A stretch of DNA of 64,000 bases from Octopus vulgaris (Eukaryota), in the NCBI GenBank assembly GCA_951406725.2, contig OX597822.1, forward strand, positions 58,776,001 to 58,840,000. Reading direction: 5' to 3'. Each line of letters starts with the position of its first letter. Position 1 is the first letter of the stretch. The notes beneath the pieces are model-generated. The model saw only the letters and a program-made list of their open reading frames with translations. It was not told the DNA's origin and ran no database searches. A program made the position numbers and the translations under genes. Below, piece by piece: positions 40,441 to 52,504 of this stretch.

Positions 40441-41572
40441 TATATTTCGTTTACGTTACGGAAAAACAAATGAAGAAATTAGAGGGGTAGTGGTGGCAAT
40501 AATGTCTTTCTGAAAATAGTAGCTGAGAAACAGAAAAAAAAAAAAACAACAACAAAAAAAAAAAAACTAAAAGCAATAGAAATGCACGAACGATTATGGT
40601 GGTGCCATGGAATAAACATGATTCAGATACACTCGTTTATTCATACAAACATAACTGAGATGAAATATGTCGTAAATAATAGTGGCAAACGAAATATATA
40701 TACCGCTGGAAGTTGTTGTTGACAAACAGAAGTAATTTTATTCAGCTGAATACACGTCATTGATTGGTTGAAATTACCGAAATATGAGAACTTTAATACG
40801 AAATAGCTTCGTAAACATAAACTTTTCTCAAAAAACGCTAAGAGTAATAGATGTTTTATGAGACACATTCTACAAGTGTCCGAAGTTTGAAAGTGTTTAG
40901 TTACAAAAAAAGTTGGCATAGTTTCTAAATCTGCCGGTCAAAAGGTAAAGATCCATTCTTTGGTTCCAAAGAGCGAGGAAGTTTTTGAGGAACTATCCGC
41001 CATAACTTTCGGGAACAACTTTCTTGAAAAAAAGACAAAAAAAGACGAAAGTCCTTCAAAAATAGCAGAAATTCTAAGGAGGAGAAAATGATCCCTTTTT
41101 TTTCGTCTACATTACAGTCGAGTAATTGTATAAAATTAAAATAAAATAGCGTGACTTGTTTATAAGTAGAATAAGTTTTGTCAGGGTAAACATGATGGAT
41201 GCATTCGCTACTCAAGGTAGAATAGAAATGAAGATTAGAGCGTATAGAAGTGTAAAGCGAATGTGTGTTATGTGCGAATATGTTTTCCCGTTTCCTATAT
41301 CACTTGCCAAGTCTTCGCATGTCTTAAAGACAAGTGGATGTAGATGTGTATATATGATGCTGTATGTATGTAATGTAAATTAATTCAATAAGTGCAGGCT
41401 TCGTAGCACGCAAGTGTATTAAGGATTTGATGTGTTATATTTCAGTTTTAATAGTTTCACTATTAATAGTGAAACTATTAAAACTGAAGCTATAAAAAGT
41501 GAAACTGTTATCTCATATAAATATATATACATGCACAAATACACAAACACAGACACACACACAAACTCACAC

Positions 41573-41643
<71 letters not shown>

Positions 41644-41682
41644 TAAATATATATGCATGTATATGTGTACATACATCTACAT

Positions 41683-41720
<38 letters not shown>

Positions 41721-41977
41721 TTCAGTTTTATATATAGAGAAGAAATAGATAAATGCAACAGAAACACAGTAGAAGGTATTAAAACGTTCGGACAGATAGA
41801 CAACACAAAGGCGGACAAGAGAAACAACATTTAGAAGGACAGGCAAAAAAAGATGGGTCATACTTGGCTTTCTTTCATCAGTCAAGTACCAAAAGTCATG
41901 ACCATTTTGGACATATGTATAGATGTATATGTATACATTTATATGTATAGATGTATATGCATATGTATATGAATATG

Positions 41978-42040
<63 letters not shown>

Positions 42041-42073
42041 ATATATATGTATGTATATATATATATATATATG

Positions 42074-42158
<85 letters not shown>

Positions 42159-42285
42159 ACAATTATAATTTAGGGTATCTCTTAGATATCCTAAATTATA
42201 ATTTTAATAATAATTATTACCTTTGAATGTTTTTATTCCTATACTGGCCACTTGATAAGATCGATATTTAAATTAACGAACTTAT

Positions 42286-42367
<82 letters not shown>

Positions 42368-42418
42368 TATAAATATATGTATAAATATATGTATGCATGT
42401 ATATATGTGTACATATTT

Positions 42419-42891
42419 CATCATCATAATCGTTTAACGTCCGTTTTCCATGCTAGCATGGGTTGGACGGTTCGACCGTGTCTGGAAAGCCAGGAGGCTG
42501 CACCAGGTTCCTGTCGGATCTCGCAGTGTTTCTACACCTGGATGCCCTTCCTAACGCCAACCACTCCGTGGGTGTAGTGGGTGCCTTTTACGTGCCCCCG
42601 TCACAGGGGCCAGAGGAGGCTGGTAACGGCCACGATCAGTAGGTAGTTTTTACGTGCCACCGACACGGACGCCAGTCAAAGTGGCGCTGGCATCGGTCAT
42701 GTTCGGATGGTGCTTTTAACGTGCTTGCGAGCCATGAACTCACTTCATTCGTCAGGTCTTTGAATTCACAGTACATCTCCAGAAGTCTTGGTCTTTCGTC
42801 ATTGCCTCTGTGAGGCCCAGCGTTTGAAGGTCATGCTTGACCGCCTCATCCCTGTATATATATATATATATATTACATACATATATATATA

Positions 42892-42950
<59 letters not shown>

Positions 42951-43119
42951 TATATATGTATGTAATATGTATATATATATATATATACAGGGATGAGGCG
43001 GTCAAGCATGACCTTCAAACGCTGGGCCTCACAGAGGCAATGACGAAAGACCAAGACTTCTGGAGATGTGCTGTGAATTCAAAGACCTGACGAATGAAGT
43101 GAGGTCATGGCTCGCAAGC
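42419..43119. mobile_element. RTE 3'-end copy ending in a fold-back (arms 42723-42856 and 42985-43119)
   Basis: Arms are near-perfect reverse complements, separated by a (TA)n-rich spacer. Confidence 0.85.
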
Positions 43120-43137
43120 TGTAGATGCAGCACGGAC

Positions 43138-43187
43138 TTTGTCAGTGAACAGGTCGCGGATTTTAGCGACGAGAATATTTTGACAAA
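43138..43187 (+). ncRNA. Hammerhead-like motif, G3:C8 variant, GAA mutated to GAG
   Basis: tttgtca-GTGAACA-g-GTCGC..GCGAC-GAG-AATATT-T-tgacaaa. Confidence 0.5.
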
Positions 43188-43391
43188 TTAAACTTAAATG
43201 TTGAAGTGAATCGAACGGCTTTTGTGCGTTTCTTAAATGGCTTATAAACACCTTCCACGCTGCAATTGTTTTCGTTTCAGCACACGATCTCAGATCAAAT
43301 TACTTGCTATGCGAGTACATCTCCGTAATATATATATATATATACATATTACATACATATATATATACTTTTATATATATGATCTGGCTAC

Positions 43392-43433
43392 GCTGCATTG
43401 AAAAGGGGCAATACCCCGAAACGCGTCTGTAGC
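43392..43433 (+). ncRNA. Minimal hammerhead motif, U3:A8 variant
   Basis: gctgca-TTGAAAA-GGGG caata CCCC-GAA-ACGCGT-C-tgtagc. Confidence 0.7.
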
Positions 43434-43596
43434 TGCCGGTCAAGTAGTGTGGAGCGATTGACCTCCCTTGTTCGAAGGTTATATGGATACAGTTTGTGTA
43501 TCAAATAGCTAACTTAAGGCGATGGCCTCATGGAGCTAATAAGCGGACAGCTTTATTCTTATTTTTATAAGAATGCCATATTAGTATGGCGATAAC

Positions 43597-43637
<41 letters not shown>

Positions 43638-43643
43638 GAAATG

Positions 43644-43703
<60 letters not shown>

Positions 43704-43864
43704 TTTATCTATGAAAATGGCGGGCTTATTCGCAATGCATTTCGGTAACAAATGCATTGATATGTAAAGATATGTAAAAATAAACATTCGTACATGTTAC
43801 GACGAATTCTACAGTTGGCTATCGAGCTTGTAATGTTATGTTTTCTCTTATATTTCTTGAGTTT

Positions 43865-43928
43865 GTTGCACTGATGAACATGAAATGCATATTCTGCATT
43901 AAATGCGAAATCACATGTGATATGTAAC
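43865..43928 (+). ncRNA. Type I hammerhead ribozyme motif, canonical core
   Basis: gttgca-CTGATGA-acat..aatgca tattc tgcatt..atgc-GAA-ATCACATGTGAT-A-tgtaac. Confidence 0.72.
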
Positions 43929-44175
43929 TGAATTCTTTTTTAAAATGATGTGTTTTGAAGTTTTGTTTTCTGTAAAATTTTGTTTATTTTTAGTAGTTTT
44001 GACCGCATTGGTCCCTCTTAGCGTGTTGGTATATACGAATAGTAGTACCCTCAATATAATATAAATGAATATGTTCAAAGAGGAAGAATTTACGAATTTC
44101 TTCTCTTACGAGGTTTTTCACGCTGACTACTGATAATTTCTTTTAAAGATTTTATCCTCAATTGTTAATATATAT

Positions 44176-44215
<40 letters not shown>

Positions 44216-44223
44216 CATACATA

Positions 44224-44290
<67 letters not shown>

Positions 44291-44297
<7 letters not shown>

Positions 44298-44790
44298 AGA
44301 AATGAGGTAATCAGAAGGTCGGATGGTTTATATTTACAGATATTTATTCATATATTACATTTTTTATATATATATATCATATCACTTAGACCATTAGCGC
44401 TTTCTCTCATTCTAGTGGGGCTTTCAAATCAAACTAAGTTTGAATAAATATCTGTAAATATAAACCATCCGATCTTCTGATTACCTCATTTCTTCTAATA
44501 TATAATACCTGTATATCATCTCCAAACCTTCCAATATATATTCGATCCTTCTTCCAGGAAATCTACGCTCCTAGCTTAGTTTTTCTAATGCTCGTTGCTT
44601 AGTTTTTCCTGGAGGGCTGGCCGGATCTAGTAATCTCAAGATTAATCAGCCGAAATTACTACGATGATCCGGTTCTTGACTGAAGACTGAGGGCTTCGAA
44701 TGTTCTGTCTGTGTTTGTTGTATCGTCTTCTAAGTGTTATGCGTTCTTGTCACAGTTTGTATTTTTTTTTACATATCATGATATATACAT
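44291..44790 (+). mobile_element. Penelope-like cassette: about 60-bp inverted repeat plus rearranged HHR-like motif
   Basis: Arms 44291-44350 and 44441-44500; motif at 44615-44695; (TA)n flanks. Confidence 0.6.
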
Positions 44791-44795
44791 ATATA

Positions 44796-45196
44796 TATCT
44801 TTATATATAAAAGTGAGGTTCTGTGCTGTCTGTCTCCTACGATTTAGATTCCTAACTACTCCCACATTTTGCGGTGCAGTTTAACCAAAACCGGGTATCT
44901 TATAGTCGTGATTCATATCGAGCCTTTCTGGGTATTAGTGCGCGTCTATAATGAGTCTACGATTTAAAAAAAAAATTACCATCAATTTTTCCCATTTTGA
45001 ATGCCTTTTTTGGCATATATAAGGGAAGTAACTCTCTAAAAATTTATTATTAAATCTCAGAACGTAAAAAGCTACAGTAACACCCCACCCCTTTGTGGTT
45101 AGCCATATTGAGATGGCTATTATACTTTACATCTCTAAAAATGGTTATATAGTTATTTCCCTTACAAACCCGAGCAACGCCGGGCGATACTGCTAG
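44796..45196 (+). mobile_element. Non-autonomous Helitron-like element
   Basis: A|TC start; cccgagc-aac-gccggg hairpin and CTAG|T end. A third 3' end lies at 46695-46723. Confidence 0.72.
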
Positions 45197-45274
45197 TAAA
45201 TATATATATATATATATATACATACACACACACACACACATATATATATATATGTATATAGATGTATATGTATA

Positions 45275-45314
<40 letters not shown>

Positions 45315-45726
45315 TGTATATATAGATTTATGTGTATATATATATATATATATATACATATATACATGTATATATATATATACATGTATATATATGCATA
45401 TATATATATGTATATATATGTACATGTACATATATATGTCTGTATATATATATATGTGCATATATGTATATATATACATATGTGTATAATGTATATATTT
45501 ATATATATGTATATGTATGTATGTATATATACATATGTATATATATATATATTTATGTATATATATATGTGTTCATATATATATATTACGGAGATGTACT
45601 TGCATAGCTAGTGATTTGAACTGAGATCGTGTCCTGAAACGAAAACAATTGCAGCGTGGAAGGTGTTTGTAAGCCATTTAAGAAACACATAAAAGCCGTT
45701 CGATTCACTTCAACATCTAAGTTTAA

Positions 45727-45777
45727 TTTGTCAAAATATTTTCGTCGCTTTAAGACCGCGACCTGTTCACTGACAAA
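45727..45777 (-). ncRNA. Hammerhead-like motif, G3:C8 variant, intact GAAA
   Basis: Minus strand: tttgtca-GTGAACA-g-GTCGC ggtcttaaa GCGAC-GAA-AATATT-T-tgacaaa. It lies in a repeat of about 205 bp (45585-45792) inverted relative to 43123-43330. Confidence 0.6.
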
Positions 45778-46435
45778 AATCCGTGCTGCATCTGAGAAAG
45801 TAACAGTTAGTTCGTTATATATATTTGTACGTTTGTATGTGTGTATGTATGTATGCACGCATGTATGCATGTATGCATGTATGTATGTACGTACACATGT
45901 GTGTATGTATGTATGTATGTATGTATGTATGTATGTATGTATGTATGTATGTATGTATGTATGCATGTATGTGTGTACGCACACACGCACACACATACAC
46001 ACCCACACACTAAACTTAAAGCTATAAACCTGTAGTGATGGATAGGTGTAGACTGACCACTCATCACAACAATATCAAATTTCAACCTCCCCCCGCTGAA
46101 ACTAGGAAGTGATTTACGACTCTTACCCCCACGACAAAACTCTAAAACCTATTATCAGCCACTTATCTCTATATCTCAAAACTTTTGTTTTACTATTACT
46201 CATCCCCCCCCCCACTTACATTTAGTTAGTTCAAGTTATATATATATATATACGTATGTACGTGTGTATGCCCATACGCATGTATGTATGTATGTTTGTA
46301 CTTATGTGCTATGTATGTATGTGAGTATCTAGGATAATGGGCAGACGCGTCTGTGTGTGTACGTACATGTGTATGTGCATGTGAACGTATGTCCGTGTAC
46401 TGGTATGTGTCCGTCCAAGTTGTGTACATGACTGT

Positions 46436-46471
<36 letters not shown>

Positions 46472-46955
46472 GTATGTCTGTGTTTGTACCCCCACCATCA
46501 GTTGACAACCGATGTTGCTGTGTTTACATACCCGTAACTTAGCCTGTTTAGCAAAACACACTGATAGAATAGGTACTAGACTAACAAAGAATAAATCCTG
46601 GGATCGATTTCTTCAACTAAAGGCGGTGCTCCAGCATGGCCGCAGTCACATGAGCGAAACAAGTAAAACAAAAAAAAAAACCTTGCCATTTTAATCCCGA
46701 ACAGTGCCGGGTATCTCTGCTAGTCCTATATAAAGCTGGTTTGGGAACATCTTATTTCATCAATATTATTATATTGTGTTGGCAACTAAGTTTCCGCCAT
46801 TTAAAAAAAATTTGTATAACACTGGTGGCGTGGAAAGGGGAGGCCGGTATGCATGGGCGACTGGTGGTCTTCCATAAACAACCTTGCCCGGACTTGTGCC
46901 TGGGAGGGTAACTTTCTAGGTGCAATCCCATGGTCCGTGTCGTGACCGAAGAGGG

Positions 46956-47029
<74 letters not shown>

Positions 47030-47159
47030 TATAATTAAGGGCTAAAGAGGGTTATTCTAAAGCCAAATACACTGTTTTATCCACTTATAATCCGCTTGTT
47101 ACAGGAAAATTGAAACTGAAAACGGGCAACTAACCTTTAGAAAATTTAAATTTCGTTAT

Positions 47160-47223
47160 CTCTATATTGAATCAATTTCGGACTTAATCTTATAAAAAAA
47201 GATATATTCCTTCTTCAGTAGAA
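47160..47223 (-). ncRNA. Type I hammerhead motif, canonical core
   Basis: Minus strand: ttcta-CTGAAGA-a-GGA..atctt..aagat..TCC-GAA-ATTG att CAAT-A-tagag. Confidence 0.62.
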
Positions 47224-47323
47224 CTTTCGATGGGATATAAATAAAATACTCACGTATGATCATGGAAAAAGCACAAGCTAAAAACATAACTACACTTGAG
47301 TACATCACTTATATCTAAAAATA

Positions 47324-47394
<71 letters not shown>

Positions 47395-47398
<4 letters not shown>

Positions 47399-49214
47399 GT
47401 TGGCAACTAAGTTCCTGCCGTTTTTTTTACAATTTGGAATTTATTGCGTTTTTAAATTTTGGAATCTATTTTTTTTCTAGTTAATTTTTGTTTTATTTTC
47501 AGATCATTAAAATGGAATGTCAAGTAAAGGAAAACGAGCATTTTCGACACCGCCTTCATTTTGATTTTAATCAAGGTTCTAAGGCTGCAAAAGCTGCTCG
47601 CCACATTTGTGCTGTGTATGGAGAGGGTGCCATAGCTGAAAGAACTGCTCGTGATTGGTATGCCAAGTTCAAAAATGGAAATTTTGACCTTGAAGACGCA
47701 CCTCATTCTAGCCGTCCAGTTGATTTCGATGAAGAGCGATTAAACCAACTTTTCCATGAAAATTCTTGTCAAACGACAAGGGAAATGGCAGAGAAACTGG
47801 AATGTTCCCACACTGCTATAGCAAAGCATCTTCACTTGATGGGAAAGGTTCAGAAGTATGGAGCATGGGTTCCTCATGCTTTAACTGACAACAACAAAAA
47901 TCAACGAGCCACAATCTCCGCTGGTTTGCTTGTTTGTCACCGCTCAACTCATGGACACAAGCAACGATTTCTTTACCGAATCGTTACTGGCGGCGAAAAA
48001 TGGTGCCTGTACATCAATATGAAGCAGCGTAAGGAATTGCTTAGCCCCGGTAAATAAGCGACACTGCGTGTGAAACAAGATCTTCATCTGCGTAAAACGA
48101 TGTTGTGCATATCCATTACGAATTGCTTGAACATAACCAAACGGTCAACGCGGAACTCTATGTTCAACAGATGGAACGTCTCAACACGGCTATTCAAGAG
48201 AAAAGACCTAATCGGCAGCATGGAGTTCTTCTGCTGCACGACAATTCCCGCCCTCATATCGCCAATATGACCAAGGAAGCCATTCAAACGCATGGCTGGG
48301 AAGTGCTGCCACATCCGCCATACTCTCCTGATTTGGCACTAACGGATTTCCACCTCTTTCGATCTCTTTCAAATGCTATGCGCGGAGTTTCGTTCAATAC
48401 TGATGCAGAATAGAGAGCTTAGTTGAATCAATTTTTCGAATCGAAATCGGGTGATTTCTACCAACGAGGTATTGAAAATCTTGTTGAACGTTGGGAAGAA
48501 GTTGTAAACAACAAGCGTGAGTACATTATTGATTAATTAGTTGTTATTTTTTATTAAACCGCAAGAGTGGCTGTGTGGTAAGTAGCCAGGCGCAGGAGTG
48601 GCAGTGTGGTAAATAGCTAGGTGCAGGAGTGGCCGTGTGGTAAGTAGCTTGCTTACCAACCACACATGGTTCCGGGTTCAGTCCCACTGCGTGGCACCTT
48701 GGGCAAGTGTCTTCTAGTATAGCCTCGAGCCGATCAAAGCCTTGTGAGTGGATTTGGTAGACAGAAACTCAAAGAAGCCCGCCGTATATATGTATATGTA
48801 TATATATATGTTTGTGTGTCTGTGTTCACCCCCCCCCCCCCAACATCGCTTGGCAATCGATGCTGGTGTGTTTACGTCCCCGTAACTTAGCAGTTCGGCA
48901 AATGAGACCAATAGAATAGGCTTGCAAAGAATAAGTCCTGGGGTCGATTTGCTCGACTAAAGGCGGTGCTCCAGCATGGCCGCAGTCAAATGACTGAAAC
49001 AAATAAAAGAGTAAAAGAGTGATGAAAAGTTTTAAGAATATTTTAGTTCAAGTCCAATTTAAAAATTTAAAAATTCAAATTTAAAAAAAAACGGTGGGAA
49101 CTTAGTTTCTAACCTAATATGTGTGTGTGTGTGCTATTATTATTTTTTTTATTAAACCTTTTTAAAAAATTTAAATAAAAAAAAAAAACGGCGGGAACTT
49201 AGTTGCCGACCCAG
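47395..49214 (+). mobile_element. Mariner (mellifera-type), defective transposase 47512-48536, SINE inserted in the 3' region
   Basis: TIR ttgggttggcaactaag; motifs ENEHFRH, WVPHAL, TGGEKW (first catalytic D lost), HDNSRPH, YSPDLA; stops and a deletion. Confidence 0.9.
48561..49020 (+). mobile_element. SINE family A with triplicated 5' head
   Basis: Three tandem gcaggagtggctgtgtggtaagtagc-like units (period about 30 bp) precede the SINE body. Confidence 0.85.
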
Positions 49215-50186
49215 TATTTTATCATGGATACGATACATAATGACTCTAATCCACATTTCTGTTGCATACTGCGGCTGACTGTAACCAAAAACAGCAAAAC
49301 ACTTAATGAAAAATCACATGTTTGAATGAAGGCATGTATTAGTCGGCGTGGGTGGTAAGCTCTCTGAACATCCATCATTACCGTATATATGCAAACGTGT
49401 GTGGGTTCCTAGCAGGACTGAAAAGCTACATCCATGCTGTTCATGTTTAAGAGAACGGTCAAGTGATGACATTGCTCGAAATCATGTTGCGTCCATTAAA
49501 GAAAAATATTAATTAAAAATTACATAATATATGCGGCTTTAATTATTAGAGTATCATTTCTTCAGGCTTGCATCAAAGATATGCTGTTATATTGTGCGTC
49601 TGCCAAGCTTTGTGATTTGCTTGTACCAAGAAGAGAAAACCATAAAGGTTAAAATAAAAATATAATTGTGAAAAGACAGACAGGGTAACTTTTCACATGG
49701 AACTTTTGCGTGAATTGGCATTGAAAACAGAGTTGGTACTGAAACAATTGTAACTGCTTATTAAAGATGCGATAAACTCTCTTGGCTTCTCAGTTGGATT
49801 ATATTTTACTCTTCACTAAAACTACACAATGATTTTACCGTTGTGACACCCGAAGAATTTCGGTCGGCAAGATTCTCTTTTGCCCCCCCACCCTTTTTTT
49901 GCTTAATATATTTTTTTTATACACAAATCCCCGTTTTCGGCTACGGAGAATACGATTCTGCAAAAAAATTGGCAAAAATCGGCATTTTGAAATTACTCCA
50001 CCCCTAAATTCTTCATTTTAAACTTTTCCCAGATTTTTTTCTTCAAAATATGCGGAAAAATACGGAGATTATGAAAGCAATTTCCAAAAATTTTGGTAAA
50101 ATTTTTTCTTCACAAATTTTTTGGGTCAAAATATGCGGAATAATATGGAGATTATGATTCTGAAAAAAAATTCCAAAAATTTTACT

Positions 50187-50290
50187 GGTTAGGGTTGGGG
50201 TTAGGATTTTAGGGTTAGGGTTTTAGGGTTAGGGTTGGGGTTTTAGGGTTAGGGTTTTAGGGTTAGGATTGGAGTTTTAGAGTTAGGTTT
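50187..50290 (+). repeat. Interstitial degenerate TTAGGG array
   Basis: Mixed ttaggg, ttgggg and ttttaggg units inside the 49880-50390 repeat. Confidence 0.85.
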
Positions 50291-51394
50291 GCAGAAAAAG
50301 TGAAAAATGAAGAATTGGGGGCGGGGAGAGTAATGGGGAATTTCAAAATTACGAATTTTGGCAATTTTCCGGAACGGGAGGAAGTCTTTCCATTTCGGTT
50401 TTATTTATGTGTTTTTTATCAGTTGATTTCATATAAATGTAGATTACAAGCTTATTACCTGCGTAGCCACCCTATCAAAATTGTGGATACTTGCTATTTC
50501 TAATCGCTGGCTTAACGAAATTTCTTAGGTATTATCTGATTGACTGACTACATATAGTTTCAGCATGTTTGGAAAATTCAGAGCATATTGGTCAGACACA
50601 TGAAACTCTTTGAACAGTTTTGTGAAGCTTTTGCAGCTATCTGGTTGGCGTTGACATTACTTTCTAAGTGACAGGTTGCAAGCCCATAGACTTTTCATTA
50701 GTTAATACATATTCATCTTCACTCCATATTCCTTCAATTTGGTGATGCTCGCCTCAATCTCCACAGTAACCAACAGAATAAATAAAGTGCTGCTATCTGC
50801 AAATGCGGTGTCTAATTTCTAGTGGAATGCCCTCAGTACACTTTCACAACAATAGTTAAAACACTAAAACGTATAGGAGCTATATAGCGGGTAGAACATA
50901 TAAGTTGAAATGGTTGTTGCTTCTGTCACCTCCAAATTTATAGTCGAGATCCAACTGATGTCTGCCCCTTAAGTTTCAAAGATTGTTTCATATCTCCCTG
51001 GAATCGGAGTGACTGAGCAGTCAATATGAAGCGGTCTGTGTTTAACATATACCTAACATGCTGGATATATAGGGAATTCTTGATATTCCTATCAATGCAA
51101 ATTAGACACTGTTCTGATTTTCTTTTAAAGGGCAATAGGTGGCAGAAATGGCACAACGCTGGACAAAATATTTCTTGGTATTTAAAAAGATCCTTTATCA
51201 ATTAGAGGTGCACTAAACAGAAATATAAATTGTGTACAATTTAATTTAATACGTTCGTGTACACTCAAACGCGAAAAAACTCCTGCTGTGGAAATTTTCT
51301 CGGGAGAGAAATCCTTCTTATGGACAATAGGTGCGAAGAACACATCACTCGGCTCGGAGAGATAGAGGAGAAAGTGCGAGCGAGAAATATAGCA

Positions 51395-51395
<1 letters not shown>

Positions 51396-51463
<68 letters not shown>

Positions 51464-51480
51464 GATAGAGAGAGAGAGAA
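51396..51480. repeat. (GATA)n/(GA)n microsatellite
   Basis: Read directly. Confidence 0.95.
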
Positions 51481-52504
51481 GGAAGGAGATAGAGAGAAGT
51501 GGTATTATGGTGAAAATCGAACTTAAACTTAACAGAGTAAAAAGCTTTTTCATTGTCCATTCAGTCAGTGCATTTGACATTTGGAATACCTTGAACGAAG
51601 TCGAAGACAACCATGGAGTTATCACAATTTGATTATTGTTACAATGTTAGTGTTCGTGCCTTGTAAACTGATAGATATACCAAGATGTATGATAATTATT
51701 TGTGCACAACTTGACAAACACTGCTTTCGAGTAATAATTGCAACATCAAAAACAACAAACAACATTGTATGTGCGTGTATGTGTGAGTGTAGGAATATAT
51801 GTACGTATGCATATCTATTTGTCTATTTACTTATGTGTGATAATATACAAATATTTACAGAGATATTTACAAAAGAAGTCGACATGACATTCAGCAAAAC
51901 TGCTGTGTAGACATGGTCTTAAATATGGCAAACTGATGTTAAAATATGCCCTATCACAGTCATTGACTCAAATGGTATCCTTTGATTATTCACATACCAA
52001 CGAAAGTAAAATACCAGAAGGTAAAATAGTAAATGTGTTCGCTAAATGTCAAGGTCGGATATAGGTAATTTCTTTCTTTTGTTATAACTTATATAAGCAA
52101 TGTAACATCAGTTTGTATTTGGTCTTGCAATTTTATGTTCAAGAAGACAGCTGCAAACATTTTCAAGTTTTAGCTGTTTTCATTTATATTTCCACCCCAA
52201 CAGGTGCTGATTTTATGAATGAATACATATATGGAGTCATGTTCATGTTTAATAAACATATATTTAGTATTACTGTGAAAATAGAACCCGTAGGTAAAAT
52301 AAAAAAAAAAAAACTGCATCAAATACTCACCAGAGATCAATTATTTTTGTCGCCCAAGTCGTTGAAGTTAATATATATGGAAGAGATATACACTAGATTC
52401 GTAACCAATAGCGTAAGCCTCGATCTTCCTGTCAGTTTCCGTTGTTCTCAGAATTTACACTTAAAATTTATTAGTCCACTCTGCCAAGTCCACCACTATC
52501 TAGG

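Noticed and set aside
41419-46085. Many ORFs rich in YI, CV or HT repeats (also at 17491, 53035, 54326, 60957, 61838, 62307)
   Set aside because: They are translations of (TA)n, (CA)n, (TATG)n and trinucleotide microsatellites
47488-48413. SETMAR-like domesticated gene
   Set aside because: TIRs present, no SET domain, catalytic Asp lost and internal stops
50187-50290. True telomere or chromosome fusion site
   Set aside because: Short, degenerate, single orientation and embedded in a dispersed repeat
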